Source: Phycisphaerales bacterium
Lineage (GTDB): Bacteria > Planctomycetota > Phycisphaerae > Phycisphaerales > UBA1924
Assembly (NCBI GenBank): GCA_965227775.1
Contig: OZ245777.1
Span: 896,001 to 960,000, forward strand
Direction of reading: 5' to 3'
Length of the DNA: 64,000 nucleotides
The translations under genes were made by a program, and so were the position numbers. This document shows, in pieces, positions 8,882 to 18,816 of this stretch. Under the pieces are notes generated by a model that was not told where the DNA came from, did not search any database, and saw only the letters and a program-made list of their open reading frames with translations. How positions within the stretch are numbered: the first letter of the stretch is position 1; every line of letters starts with the position of its first letter.

Positions 8882-11350
8882 CTACGCCGGCACGGGCAAC
8901 CCGCCCACGCCCCAGCCCACCTGGCCGTCGATCGACAGCAGCAAGCCGGTGATCGGCTGCGGTGATTCGAGCACGATCGAGAGCGGCAGGTCGCCCGCGC
9001 GATCGCGCACGGTCGTGATGGTGTCGATCTGTACCGTGCTGAAGCGGCCGGCGTCGACCGACACGCTCTGGACCACCTCTTCGCCACTCAGGAACAAGAA
9101 CCGCACGGTGACGTTCGCGCTCGAGGCCGAATCGTTGTAGATGCCCAGCCGCAGGAACGATCCGGCGTCGCTCGGATCGAACGTGCCCAGCGAGAACGCG
9201 AGGTCGGTGCTGGCGGCCCCGGGAGGCGCGCTGCTGAACGCCTCCTCGCTTGTGCTCTGGACGAACTGCACCACGCCGATGCCCGACGTGAACTCGTAGC
9301 GGTACCCCAGCGCGTTGGGCACCACGAGCGCGCTGCTGTTGCCCGCCGGCACGAAGCGCTCGGCCAGCATCTCGTCGCCCATGCTTGTCGTTGCGATGAC
9401 ATTCAGCCGCGCGACCGAGATGCCCGGGTTGAATACCAGCAGCTCGGTCGTCGAGCCGGGAATCTCGGCCACCGGCACGAAGTTGATCGAGGGCAGCGAG
9501 CCCGGCGTGCCGAGCGCCGTCCAGCCCACGCCGTCGGTCGCGTCGAAGTGCGTGAGCGCGGCGACGATGCCGTCGTGCCCGCCCTGGTCGGCCGGGTCTG
9601 CCGCCTCGCTCGTCAGGATGACACCAAACGCGTTGCCCGCGAGCACCGCGATCTCACCAACGCTCCACCCGCCGCGCGCCTCGGCCCGCACCACCTGGGT
9701 GAGCGTGATCTGCCCCGATGTCGAGACGAACGTCACCTCGATGCGCGCGTCGTGATCGTTGGGGTTGTAGAAGATCAGGAAGTCCGAGACGCTCGTGAAC
9801 GCCTCGGCCCGCGGGAAGTGCCACGTGTCGGCGGTCTGCCGCGTGAAGCTCTCGCTCGTCGTGATGCGCTGGCCGCCGAAGACGTCGGCGTGCTCGAGCG
9901 CCGCACCCAGCGGTGCCGTCGAGCCGAGCACCAGCGCGTAGGGCTCGTTGGCCAGGATCTGGCGGCCGCTCGCCTGCTCGACCGCGAACGCGCCATCGCG
10001 CGCGATGTCGATCATCATCGTCGCGCCCGGCTCGATCACGCGATCAACCACGATCGCGTCGCCGTCTCTGCCCAGGTCGTCGCGCTCGTAGCGAAGCGTG
10101 AGAGTGAACAGCTGTGCGCTATCGGTCGGATTCGAGACGTATACGGCCTGATCGATGTCGGCCGAAGCAAAGCCCTCCGGGTAGTAGGCCACTTCATCGA
10201 ACCCGCCGGTCGCGACGGCCATGTCGTAGCTCGCCGGTGCGGTGCCGATGACCTCGATGGTGTAGAACTGGTCGGTCGCCACCACCGCAAGGCCCGTGAC
10301 GGTGTCGGCCGTGGTGTTCTCGGCGACCAGCAGTCCCTGAGAGTCCCAGAGCCGCAGCGAGACGGGCTGGTCGCTCGTGACGCGGAAGTCGAGCAGGCCG
10401 TCCTCACGAACCTGAACCCAGTGCAACCCCGAGCTCGAGTTGGTTGTGTTGCCCGACGCGACGCCTTCGCCCGTGAACGGGCTGGTCGAGATAAAGGCGC
10501 CCAGGCCCGGCCAACGCATCGCGTCGATCTCCCAGCCAATGTCTTCCATCGCGGCAAAGTCGAGCGGCGTGAGGAGCTTCCGCGTACCGCGCGTGAACGT
10601 CGGATCCATGAGCGTCTCTTGCCCGCCGCTGGTGAGCCCCTCGCGCCAGTGGGCGAGGTCGGAGGCAATGAGTTGCGTGTCGGCACTCACCGACATAGCG
10701 CGCGCACCCATGAACTCGCTGCTGGGCGAGATGAGGTTGAAGAACGCCGGCGAGTCGTCGGTGAAGCCCATCACGTGCATCATCTCGTGCAACGCGACCG
10801 AGTAGAAGTCGTGCTCGTTGCCCTGCTGGCCCGCGGTCGTGACGCCGAAGTGCCAGTTGGTGTCACTGTCGAAGGTGATCGTGCCGCCCCACAGGCTCGT
10901 GTCGGTCTGGCCCGATTCGGGTCCGGTCGCGCCGCTCTGGCCGCGACCTTCGACGTTGTTGAGAAATGCCGAACTGCCGCTCGCTTGCCAGCCGCCTGCG
11001 CCGCCGAGTCCCAGCGTGTCATCCGCTAGGTCGCGCCCACCGACGAACAGAAGCAGCTCGTCCTCGTCGATCGTGGGATTCTCGACCTCGGTGATCGAGC
11101 CCGTGGCCGGGTTGATGAACTGGATGCGCCACGCGTTGCCCCCGTTGGGGATGATGGCGTTGAGCGAGTCGTTGAACAGCGAGCTGACGTAATCGGCCGC
11201 GGCTTCCATAACCACCCGTCGCGCGGGGTCGTCGAAGAACCCGTTGGTGTCGTAGGTGTAGTCCACCTCGATGTTGACGCTCAGCAGCACACGCGGCTCG
11301 AGCGGCTCGAACGCCATCGGCTGGCCAACAACGGACTCGCGAACAGGCAT
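8882..11350 (-). CDS. LEPR-XLL leader extracellular zinc metallopeptidase with C-terminal beta-rich repeats
   Basis: N-terminal FEPLEPRVLLS; zincin HEMMHVMGF; downstream HW and LMDP Met-turn; repeated ...(Y/F)NP... beta modules; GGAG SD. Confidence 0.8.
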   Translation of the reverse strand: MPVRESVVGQPMAFEPLEPRVLLSVNIEVDYTYDTNGFFDDPARRVVMEAAADYVSSLFNDSLNAIIPNGGNAWRIQFINPATGSITEVENPTIDEDELLLFVGGRDLADDTLGLGGAGGWQASGSSAFLNNVEGRGQSGATGPESGQTDTSLWGGTITFDSDTNWHFGVTTAGQQGNEHDFYSVALHEMMHVMGFTDDSPAFFNLISPSSEFMGARAMSVSADTQLIASDLAHWREGLTSGGQETLMDPTFTRGTRKLLTPLDFAAMEDIGWEIDAMRWPGLGAFISTSPFTGEGVASGNTTNSSSGLHWVQVREDGLLDFRVTSDQPVSLRLWDSQGLLVAENTTADTVTGLAVVATDQFYTIEVIGTAPASYDMAVATGGFDEVAYYPEGFASADIDQAVYVSNPTDSAQLFTLTLRYERDDLGRDGDAIVVDRVIEPGATMMIDIARDGAFAVEQASGRQILANEPYALVLGSTAPLGAALEHADVFGGQRITTSESFTRQTADTWHFPRAEAFTSVSDFLIFYNPNDHDARIEVTFVSTSGQITLTQVVRAEARGGWSVGEIAVLAGNAFGVILTSEAADPADQGGHDGIVAALTHFDATDGVGWTALGTPGSLPSINFVPVAEIPGSTTELLVFNPGISVARLNVIATTSMGDEMLAERFVPAGNSSALVVPNALGYRYEFTSGIGVVQFVQSTSEEAFSSAPPGAASTDLAFSLGTFDPSDAGSFLRLGIYNDSASSANVTVRFLFLSGEEVVQSVSVDAGRFSTVQIDTITTVRDRAGDLPLSIVLESPQPITGLLLSIDGQVGWGVGGLPVPA

Positions 11351-11399
11351 GCCTCGCTCCTTCTACCTTGGAACCCGATCTCAATGTCCTATCGGCAAT

Positions 11400-12047
11400 T
11401 TATCGACGCAGCACCGCACGCACGGGGCTCGCGTCGAAGCCCACAAGCCGCAGCGGCAACGCGATGAGCTCCCAGATGCCCGGGTCAACCCCATCGAGCA
11501 CGAGCCCCTCGAGGATCGACACGCCGCTTCGAGCGCACGCCGCATGGCCGATAAGGTCCTTTGCGTCGGCCAGATCGACGCTGGGGGTGTCCACCCCCAG
11601 CAGCCGCACCTCGCGTGCCGCGAGCGTTTCGATCATCTCGGGCGTTGGCGCCGCCAGATCGCTCGGGAAGGTCTCCGGGTCTGTGCCCGTGCCGGTCTGC
11701 AGCAGCAAGCGTCCCGGCTGGCCATGCTCGGTGAGCCCGTGGACGGCGTCCAGCCACGCCTCGTCGATCGCATCGATCCCGAATCGTTCGCCCCGCTTCG
11801 CTCGCACCGGCGCAACGACGCACGGGCCGAGATAGAGCTCCAGCGGATGCTGCTCGATGGTTCGGCCCGCAGGCTTGTAGTGGCTCTCGGCATCGGCGTG
11901 CGCGCCGACGTGTACGGTGCTGGTGAGGGTGCTGAGCGTCAGGTGGTCGCCGTTGGCCGTGTCCATCAAGACCTTGCGGCTCAGCGGCGTATCGCCCGGA
12001 AAGACGGCCGTGCGAGGCGAGAGCGGCGGCGAGATATCAACCAGCAT
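11400..12047 (-). CDS. Cyclase family / kynurenine formamidase-like metal hydrolase
   Basis: DISPPL, FPGD, HVGAHADAESH, GVDTPSVD, ALPLRL..FDASPVRAV. Confidence 0.9.
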   Translation of the reverse strand: MLVDISPPLSPRTAVFPGDTPLSRKVLMDTANGDHLTLSTLTSTVHVGAHADAESHYKPAGRTIEQHPLELYLGPCVVAPVRAKRGERFGIDAIDEAWLDAVHGLTEHGQPGRLLLQTGTGTDPETFPSDLAAPTPEMIETLAAREVRLLGVDTPSVDLADAKDLIGHAACARSGVSILEGLVLDGVDPGIWELIALPLRLVGFDASPVRAVLRR

Positions 12048-12094
12048 GCCCGAGGCTACGCCCTCGTGCCGCGGGTGGAGAGGTCTGCTTCGGA

Positions 12095-12997
12095 CTACTC
12101 GTCGCCGAGCACTTCCACGACCTCGACCAACTCGAAGTCGGCCGAGCACTGCGCCATGTGTCGCAGCAGTGGCACGTGGCCCGCGCCGATGATCACGACC
12201 ACGTCATCGCCCGGCTCGGTGGCGTTGATGATGTTCTGGAATATGCGCAGGTTTCGGTTGTGCCACGTCGTGACGAAGCCGTCCGCGCCGGGATACGAAG
12301 TGCCATCCCCGACGGCGAAGTCTCCCGAGAGATAGCCGCCGTGTGAGGCCTCGAGCTTCGGCGCGGCATTGCGCGAGAGCAAGCTATCGATAAGGTGCCA
12401 CGCATCGATCTGCTTGTCGGCCGCGACCATGTATGGGTACGCCGCGCGTGCGAGCGGTTGGGCGAGCTTGGCCTCTTGGCCGTGGTCTCGGGCCCACTGC
12501 TCGATGTCGGTGCGAGGCTCGAGCCAGCGCATTGGTGCGTCGATCGCCTGCACGCCCTCGAGCCCCTCGCGCTGCGCGAGGCGAAAGCCGAGCTGGTAGA
12601 TCTCGTTGGCGGGCAGCTCCCACTCACCCGAGCCGAACGCCCGGAACCGCTGGTCTAGGTCGCCCTGGCGGTCGGGCCGGGCCTCTACGCACACCACGTC
12701 GGCGTCGAAACCGTCGAGTCGATCGATGACCTCGGCGATCTCCTTCTGCCGGCGTTCGCTGAGCGCATCGAACTGGTGCTGGGGCTTGTACTCGTCGAGC
12801 CCGGCGTCCTTGAAGTGGAAGGTGCCCAAGAGCAGCAGCCGCCTGGGCTTGATGCCCGCCGCCTCGTAGACGGCCGCCACGGTCTCGCTCGCCTCGGCGT
12901 TGATCGCCTCAGCCGTGCGGGCCGGCGGGTCGGCCACCTGAGGCTGGGACGCATAGCTGGCGAGCAGGAACGAGACGAGCCAAAGCAGCATGTTCAT
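12095..12997 (-). CDS. Secreted DUF5694-like protein
   Basis: Signal peptide; LLGTFHF, NEIYQLGFRLA, WHNRNLRIF, IGAGH. Confidence 0.75.
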   Translation of the reverse strand: MNMLLWLVSFLLASYASQPQVADPPARTAEAINAEASETVAAVYEAAGIKPRRLLLLGTFHFKDAGLDEYKPQHQFDALSERRQKEIAEVIDRLDGFDADVVCVEARPDRQGDLDQRFRAFGSGEWELPANEIYQLGFRLAQREGLEGVQAIDAPMRWLEPRTDIEQWARDHGQEAKLAQPLARAAYPYMVAADKQIDAWHLIDSLLSRNAAPKLEASHGGYLSGDFAVGDGTSYPGADGFVTTWHNRNLRIFQNIINATEPGDDVVVIIGAGHVPLLRHMAQCSADFELVEVVEVLGDE

Positions 12998-13208
12998 AGC
13001 GGAGACTCCTTGCAGGCTTCCTTCCCCGCCGGACGCTGCGGATTTCACCCTTCGCCCGCTGGGGTGTCGCGATTCACAACCCGTCCAAAGACCGATTTGT
13101 GCGCGAATCGACCCCTTGACTTGGGCCCACATTGGAGCAATCCTTCTCGTTCCCGCGCACGGCCCTGGTGGAATTCGGGCCGGCGGAGGGATGGAGGACA
13201 ACGCTCTC

Positions 13209-13412
13209 ATGGCGATCCGAATCAAGGCCCGAGGCGGCGAGTCCGTCGAACAGATGATGAAGCGCTTCAAGAAGCTCTGCGAGAAGGAAGGGCTGACCAA
13301 GGACATCAAGCGCAAGGAATTCTTCGAGAAGCCCAGCGAGCGCCGCCGCCGCGCAGCCCGCAAGGCTGTCAACAAGCGCATCCGCGAGATCAGCGGCCCG
13401 CGCCGCGGCTGA
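13209..13412 (+). CDS. rpsU: 30S ribosomal protein S21
   Basis: GESVEQMMKRFKKLCEKEG...KEFFEKPSERRRR; GGAGG SD. Confidence 0.95.
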   Translation: MAIRIKARGGESVEQMMKRFKKLCEKEGLTKDIKRKEFFEKPSERRRRAARKAVNKRIREISGPRRG

Positions 13413-13423
13413 GCAGCCGCGTC

Positions 13424-13699
13424 ATGGCCAAGCGCCCCGACCTGACGGCCAACCAGCAGAAGATCGTCGGGCGCTACTACGCCAACAAGGACGCCATCAT
13501 CGAGACACGCCTCGGCGAGGTTGTGTCCGAGCTGTACATTGCCACCGCCGAGGGCAAGCAGGCCGCGCTCAAGCGCCTATGGAACAGCGCCCGCGCCGCG
13601 CTGAAGCAGAAGGGCGTCGCCCAGGCGCAGATTGATCGCATCGTGGAAGAGCAGGACCTGAAGGCCCTCGCCGCCTTGGCGGGCCACGTCTCGCGCTGA
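13424..13699 (+). CDS. Small helical hypothetical protein, probably co-transcribed with rpsU
   Basis: MAKRPDLTANQQKIVGRYYANKDAIIETRLGEVVSELY...; starts 11 bp after rpsU. Confidence 0.75.
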   Translation: MAKRPDLTANQQKIVGRYYANKDAIIETRLGEVVSELYIATAEGKQAALKRLWNSARAALKQKGVAQAQIDRIVEEQDLKALAALAGHVSR

Positions 13700-13717
13700 G
13701 AAGCTCGCGCGAACGCA

Positions 13718-14965
13718 TCACTCGTTGCTGAGCCGGCCTTCAAGATCGAGCCGAACCCACACGACAGAGTGCAGCACCGGGTGCTCGATGCGCACGCGGA
13801 AGAGCACCATGTCCTCCACGTCCCAGTTGAGCCGATCGCCGATCTGCCGGATCATGCCGGGGTAGGCCGGAAGCTCCGGGACGCTTACCGCGCTACTCCC
13901 GCGCCCGCCGCGCACCAGTCTTTCTGCCACGGGCAGCACCACGCCGGTGTCGTCGCCGGGCCACGCCGTTGTCTCGGGTCTCCGAGACAGCACGCGAAGG
14001 CTCGGGTGTGCGGGGCCGAACGCGTCCTCGGCCAGCAACCGCCGGTCGACGAGCATGTCCTGGTACAGCACCTGGGCGGGAGTCGCAACCTCGTGGATGT
14101 TGCCGACCGCGGCCGTGCCATCGGGCGAGCGGATCGGCAGCCCGCGCGTCATGTCGCACAGATAGCAGCTCACGGCCGACGTCGTGCCAAGTCGATCGAC
14201 ATCGGCAACGAACCTCGTATACCCGTCCTTGCCCACGATCGCGGAGATGGATGGGAGCGGCTCGGTCGAGAACGCCTCGACCAGCCCGACAGGCCCGTGC
14301 GCCGCACCATCGCCGAAGACGGGCTCGCGTGTGCGCACGTTGCCCTCGCCCTGATCGAAGCGGTGCCTCGAAATCTCCAGCGGCACGTCGGGTCGCAGGC
14401 GGCGCAGCCCGGCGAGCCCGCGCAGCGAGCACATCTCGATCTGGTCGGGCGTGTCCGATCGCCGGACGAGCAGCGTGAACAGATCGACATCGCAGCACCG
14501 GCCGACCAGCTCGCGATTGACGCGATACGCGGTCCGCTTCAGTTCGGCGTCGTGGCCGGCGATGCCATCACCGCTCACCGATCGCACCATCAGGTCGAAG
14601 CTGCTGCGATCGTCGGCGTGGTCGCTGACCGCGCCATGGAACAGATCGGTCGCCGCCTGCACGCGATCGGTGATCTCGGTGGGCACGCCCGCCTTGGTCG
14701 CGGCGAGCAGAACCTGCCTCGTCGCCGCCTTGCCGGGCACGCGGGCGCCCGAGCCCAGCGGGTTCTCCGAAGTCGCGACCCGATACACCTGCCACGCCAG
14801 CTTCTTGCTGATGCCCAGCGCCCGTTCGACGCCGATGGCGCCGGAGCCCTCGCGGGGGACGGCCGATAACAACTCGGCGTATGCCGATCGCACGCCCGTG
14901 ATGGCCTCGACGACCGACGCATCGAGCACGTCGACGGCGGCTGAGCTGGGATCGGCGGCGGTCAT
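13718..14965 (-). CDS. Hypothetical protein with possible N-terminal HTH (candidate regulator)
   Basis: AIGVERALGISKKLAWQVYR resembles an HTH; beta-rich C-terminal region; divergent from a secreted dockerin gene. Confidence 0.7.
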   Translation of the reverse strand: MTAADPSSAAVDVLDASVVEAITGVRSAYAELLSAVPREGSGAIGVERALGISKKLAWQVYRVATSENPLGSGARVPGKAATRQVLLAATKAGVPTEITDRVQAATDLFHGAVSDHADDRSSFDLMVRSVSGDGIAGHDAELKRTAYRVNRELVGRCCDVDLFTLLVRRSDTPDQIEMCSLRGLAGLRRLRPDVPLEISRHRFDQGEGNVRTREPVFGDGAAHGPVGLVEAFSTEPLPSISAIVGKDGYTRFVADVDRLGTTSAVSCYLCDMTRGLPIRSPDGTAAVGNIHEVATPAQVLYQDMLVDRRLLAEDAFGPAHPSLRVLSRRPETTAWPGDDTGVVLPVAERLVRGGRGSSAVSVPELPAYPGMIRQIGDRLNWDVEDMVLFRVRIEHPVLHSVVWVRLDLEGRLSNE

Positions 14966-15011
14966 GACAGCATTTATAGCCCGATTCCGCAGGATGCCGA
15001 AACAAACTTGC

Positions 15012-15029
15012 AATATTTCTAGAAATATT
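15012..15029. promoter_or_regulatory. Perfect 18-bp palindrome, candidate operator
   Basis: AATATTTCTAGAAATATT in an AT-rich divergent intergenic region. Confidence 0.65.
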
Positions 15030-15168
15030 TAGGAAACCTCTTGTGCCGATCGTCCGGATCCGTTAGAGTGCCACAGCTACGCGCCGCAAGCGTCTTGCTG
15101 CGGGGGTGGCACGAAACGCGGACCCCATGCACACTGCCCCCGGGCGGCTCGGAGAGGAAGGAACACCA

Positions 15169-16749
15169 ATGCCCAAGAACGCGATCCTCGGTTGTACCAC
15201 GTTGCTGGCCTGCACCGCTCTGTCGTCCCAAGCCGCGGCCCAGGTGCCGGGCTTCGAGACCCGGGACGGCTGGCCCCTGATCATCGCTCCGGGCCCGTCG
15301 GTCGACGGGGGCATGATGGTCAACATGGACGCCGACCCCGAGCTCGAGATGGTCCACGTGGTGCAGGACCGCCTGTTCGCGCTCAACCTCGACGGCACGA
15401 ACGTGCCCGGCTTCCCGCGGTTCCTTACGCCCGGCCAGGGCACGTTCGGCGCGCCGGCGTTCGGTGATATCGACGGTGACGGCGAGGAGGAGATCGTCGT
15501 GCAGACGTTCTTCTTCGGCATCCGCGGCAATGTGTTTGCCATCAACAAGGACGGCTCGACGGTCCCTGGCTTCCCGGTCTCGGTCGGCGGCCCGTTCAAG
15601 AGCCCGGCGCTGGCCGACCTTGACGGCGACGGCGACCTGGAGATCCTCGTCAACGCCAACTCGGGCGGCATCGCCCAGCTCTCGGCCATCGAGGGCGACG
15701 GCACGCAGCGCGACGGGTTCCCGATCGTGCTCGACAACATCTCGAGCGGCGGTTCACCGGCCGTGGGCGACATCAACGGTGACGGTGCGCCTGAGATCGT
15801 CGTCTCGTCGTTCTACACGGTGTACGCGTTCGATGCCGACGGCAACACGCTCTCGGGCTTCCCGTATACGCCCAACGAAGGCGGCACGATCCAGACGTTG
15901 AACTACAACTCGGCCGGGCTTGCCGATCTGGACGGCGATGGCGCTCGCGAGATCGTTTTTGCCACGACCAACGAGGTCGATCCGTTCACCGGGCGCATCT
16001 ACGTGCTCGATTTTGCCGGCAACCTGCGCCCCGGTTGGCCCACCACCACCGAGTTCTCGATCTTCACGCCCCCCACCATCGCCGACATCGATGGCGACGG
16101 CAACCTCGACATTGCCATTGGCGATCGCACCCTGACGCCCGCGCCCGAGGCGAGTATTCAGGTGTGGGACCGCGACGGCGTGCCGCTGCCGGGCTGGCCC
16201 GTGACGGGCGTCGTGGGTGCGGTGCACGCGCAGATCATGGTCGCCGACGTCGATGCCGACGGGTTCGTCGAGCTGCTCGTCGACGACAACACCGCCGTCA
16301 CACCGCTCTTTGGATTCAACCATGACGGCACGCAGATCGACGGGTGGCCGCTGCCCGTGGGCTCGGCTTCCTCGTTCCAGCAATCGCCCACCATCGGTGA
16401 CTTCGACGGCGACGGGTTCATGGACCTCAGCGTGAGCGGCAATGATCTGGTCGACAACCAGACCTACCTGTTCCAGCTCGCCTCGGACACGGTGATGTAC
16501 GACCCCGACCTCGCGCCCGTGCGCACCTACCAGTACAACGTCCGTCGCGACGGCGTGGCCGACAGCATCGAGGCGACGCCCTGCCGTCCCGACTTTGACG
16601 GCGATGGCGCGCTGACGATCTTCGACTTCCTCGCGTTCCAGAACGCCTTCGACGCGGGTGACCTCGTCGCCGACTTCGACGGGGATGGCGCGCTCACAAT
16701 CTTCGACTTTCTGACCTTCCAGAACGAGTTCGACGCCGGCTGCGAGTAA
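15169..16749 (+). CDS. Secreted FG-GAP/VCBS repeat protein with C-terminal GC-type dockerin
   Basis: Signal peptide; about 7 repeats of PA.(G/A)D(I/L)DGDG..EI plus G(F/W)P; CRPDFDGDGALTIFDFLAFQNAF...FDAGCE. Confidence 0.9.
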   Translation: MPKNAILGCTTLLACTALSSQAAAQVPGFETRDGWPLIIAPGPSVDGGMMVNMDADPELEMVHVVQDRLFALNLDGTNVPGFPRFLTPGQGTFGAPAFGDIDGDGEEEIVVQTFFFGIRGNVFAINKDGSTVPGFPVSVGGPFKSPALADLDGDGDLEILVNANSGGIAQLSAIEGDGTQRDGFPIVLDNISSGGSPAVGDINGDGAPEIVVSSFYTVYAFDADGNTLSGFPYTPNEGGTIQTLNYNSAGLADLDGDGAREIVFATTNEVDPFTGRIYVLDFAGNLRPGWPTTTEFSIFTPPTIADIDGDGNLDIAIGDRTLTPAPEASIQVWDRDGVPLPGWPVTGVVGAVHAQIMVADVDADGFVELLVDDNTAVTPLFGFNHDGTQIDGWPLPVGSASSFQQSPTIGDFDGDGFMDLSVSGNDLVDNQTYLFQLASDTVMYDPDLAPVRTYQYNVRRDGVADSIEATPCRPDFDGDGALTIFDFLAFQNAFDAGDLVADFDGDGALTIFDFLTFQNEFDAGCE

Positions 16750-16755
16750 GCCGGC

Positions 16756-17715
16756 TCAGGTCGCCGCCCGGCGGCGCCTTGGCTGGAAGATGGCCGTTCC
16801 ACGGGCCGGTGCGCGAAGATCGCGGACCGGCCCGTTGCTCACGCGCTCCATCGCGCTCTTGGCCATGTCGGGCGAAAATTCGCAGCCGACGTACCGCCGG
16901 TCGAGCGCTGTGGCCGCGACGGCCGTCGTCCCGCTGCCCGTGAAAGGATCGAGCACGAGGTCGCCCTCGTTGCTCGTCGCACGGACGACGCGGGCGAGAT
17001 AAAGCTCGGGCAGTTGGTTGTCGTGCTTGCCGCGCCGCTCGGCGTTGTTGCCCTGGATGCGGCCCCAGTACTGCCCGTACCACACGTCCATTGGCAGGCG
17101 CATACCGGCGGGCATGCCATCCTTCTTGTCCATCGTGCGCGGGTCGAAGTACGTCGTTGCGCGATCGCTGGGCTCGAGCACTTCTTCGGGGTTCCAGGTG
17201 CGGTTCTTCGGGTCCTTGCAAAAGTACAGCACGTGCACCTTGCTGTTGATGAAGCGGCCCGTCGTGTTCTGCCCGAAGCGGTAGTGCCAGACGCACCAGT
17301 TGACCATGTGCATGCCGCGCTGCTTGAGGTGCACCACGATCTCGGCGGCCCAGTCGTCGGGGATGTTGATCCACAGGCTGCCCGTTGGCTTGAGGGCCTG
17401 GATGCACAGATCGATCCATCGTTGGGTGAACGCGGTCACCTCACCCGGCTCTCCGAAGCTCTGCGCCACATCGCAGTACTCCTTGTCGGGCATCGAGTCG
17501 TCCCACTTGTCGTAGCCGCGGGCCCAGTTAAAAGGTGGGTCCGCGAAGACGAGGTCGACCTGGCCCTTCGCGCAATCCGGAATCTTCGGCAACAGCTCCC
17601 GGCAATCGCCCACGTACACGCGGCAGTCGGGCAGGCTCTTGCCCTTCGGGCGCAAGGGCTTTGGCAGCTTCGACTTCGGCGTGGGCTTGGGTGTGGTGGT
17701 TGCGGCGGCGGGCAT
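16756..17715 (-). CDS. Orphan beta-class N6/N4 DNA methyltransferase
   Basis: Catalytic DPPF motif precedes the SAM motif VLDPFTGSGTT; no restriction gene adjacent. Confidence 0.9.
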   Translation of the reverse strand: MPAAATTTPKPTPKSKLPKPLRPKGKSLPDCRVYVGDCRELLPKIPDCAKGQVDLVFADPPFNWARGYDKWDDSMPDKEYCDVAQSFGEPGEVTAFTQRWIDLCIQALKPTGSLWINIPDDWAAEIVVHLKQRGMHMVNWCVWHYRFGQNTTGRFINSKVHVLYFCKDPKNRTWNPEEVLEPSDRATTYFDPRTMDKKDGMPAGMRLPMDVWYGQYWGRIQGNNAERRGKHDNQLPELYLARVVRATSNEGDLVLDPFTGSGTTAVAATALDRRYVGCEFSPDMAKSAMERVSNGPVRDLRAPARGTAIFQPRRRRAAT

Positions 17716-17847
17716 CGAGCAGTGTACCGCGGTCTAGCGCAATGCGCCACCGAGGGTGTTGGACGAGCCGCGTGCGCGCCGATAGGTTCTGCCCGGCCCG
17801 ATCGATGTTGCCCGGGCCACCGTTTCGCGGAGAGAGAGGTCGTTTCC

Positions 17848-18084
17848 GTGCGAGAAGACGTGCGCAAGAGCACGGCCGGGCCCTGGTCGAGCCCGGCCGT
17901 TCGTGCCATCCGCCTCGGCGGGTTGTGCGTCGTCGCGGCGGCCGGCCTGATGGCCGCGGGTGCGCTCGTCGTCCGCCAGCCCACGCCCACCGCGGGGTGG
18001 GTTGGCCTGGGGCTGCTGGTGCTGCCGGGCCTGGCCCTTGGCGCGCTCGCGCTGCACAGGGCTGTGCGGCTCAGCCGCGGCTAG
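17848..18084 (+). CDS. Small two-TM membrane protein
   Basis: GTG start with GAGAGG SD; two hydrophobic segments. Confidence 0.55.
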   Translation: MREDVRKSTAGPWSSPAVRAIRLGGLCVVAAAGLMAAGALVVRQPTPTAGWVGLGLLVLPGLALGALALHRAVRLSRG

Positions 18085-18091
18085 CGGTGCT

Positions 18092-18640
18092 TCAGCTCGC
18101 GCCGGCCGTCTCGAGGGCCGGCGCCTGCGGCAGGTCGACGTCGGTGCCGTTCACGTGGTTGAAGTAGTTCGTGAAGAAGTTCAACGCCACCGCCGCGATG
18201 ACCTCGACCACGTCGCCGTCGTCGTAGCCGGCGCTCTTGAAGGCGTTCAGGTCGCCCTCGTCGGCGAACCCCTTCTTCTCGAGCAGCGACCGGGTGAAGG
18301 TGACCAGAGCGCCCAGCTTCGCGTCGTCGATGTCGCCGCGGCGGGCCGCGATGGTCTGAGCCTCGCTCAGACCCGCGCCCTTGCCGATGTGCGTGTGGGC
18401 CGCCAGGCAGTACTCGCAGTCGTTCTGCTGGGCGGTCACGAGCGCGACGATCTCGCGCTCGGCGGCGGTCAGGCTGCCCTCGGCCAGCGCGCCGCTCATG
18501 CCCAGGTAGGCCTGGAGGCCCGCGGGCGAGTTGGCCATGCCCTTGAAGATGTTCAGGTGCATGCCCTTCAGCGGGCCGTCGAAGATCTCCTTGGCCTTGC
18601 CGGTGGCGCTGCTCGGGTCGATCGTGTTCAGGCGTGGCAT
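18092..18640 (-). CDS. Carboxymuconolactone decarboxylase / AhpD-like peroxidase family protein
   Basis: EREIVALVTAQQNDCEYCLAAH (CxxC..H); AGGAG SD. Confidence 0.92.
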   Translation of the reverse strand: MPRLNTIDPSSATGKAKEIFDGPLKGMHLNIFKGMANSPAGLQAYLGMSGALAEGSLTAAEREIVALVTAQQNDCEYCLAAHTHIGKGAGLSEAQTIAARRGDIDDAKLGALVTFTRSLLEKKGFADEGDLNAFKSAGYDDGDVVEVIAAVALNFFTNYFNHVNGTDVDLPQAPALETAGAS

Positions 18641-18744
18641 CGTGTTCTCCTTGCGACTGTCAGGGTTGCTGGTTCAGACTCGTGCAGGGGCGAACCGGGG
18701 CGGGGCCGGCCATATTCTTGTATCTGCATTTAATTTTGCCGGAC

Positions 18745-18777
18745 ATAAAGGAAGCCGGCCCACGAGGGGCCGGCTCC
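18745..18777 (-). terminator. Intrinsic terminator after the histone-like gene
   Basis: AGCCGGCCC-loop-GGGCCGGCT followed by TCCTTTAT on the minus strand. Confidence 0.6.
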
Positions 18778-18816
18778 GAACGGACAATCGGGCCTTCCGG
18801 GGCCCTGCGAGGTGCC

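Noticed and set aside
15107..15122. TGGCACG here and at 39221 as sigma-54 promoters
   Set aside because: No GC at the -12 position with the required 10-nt spacing.
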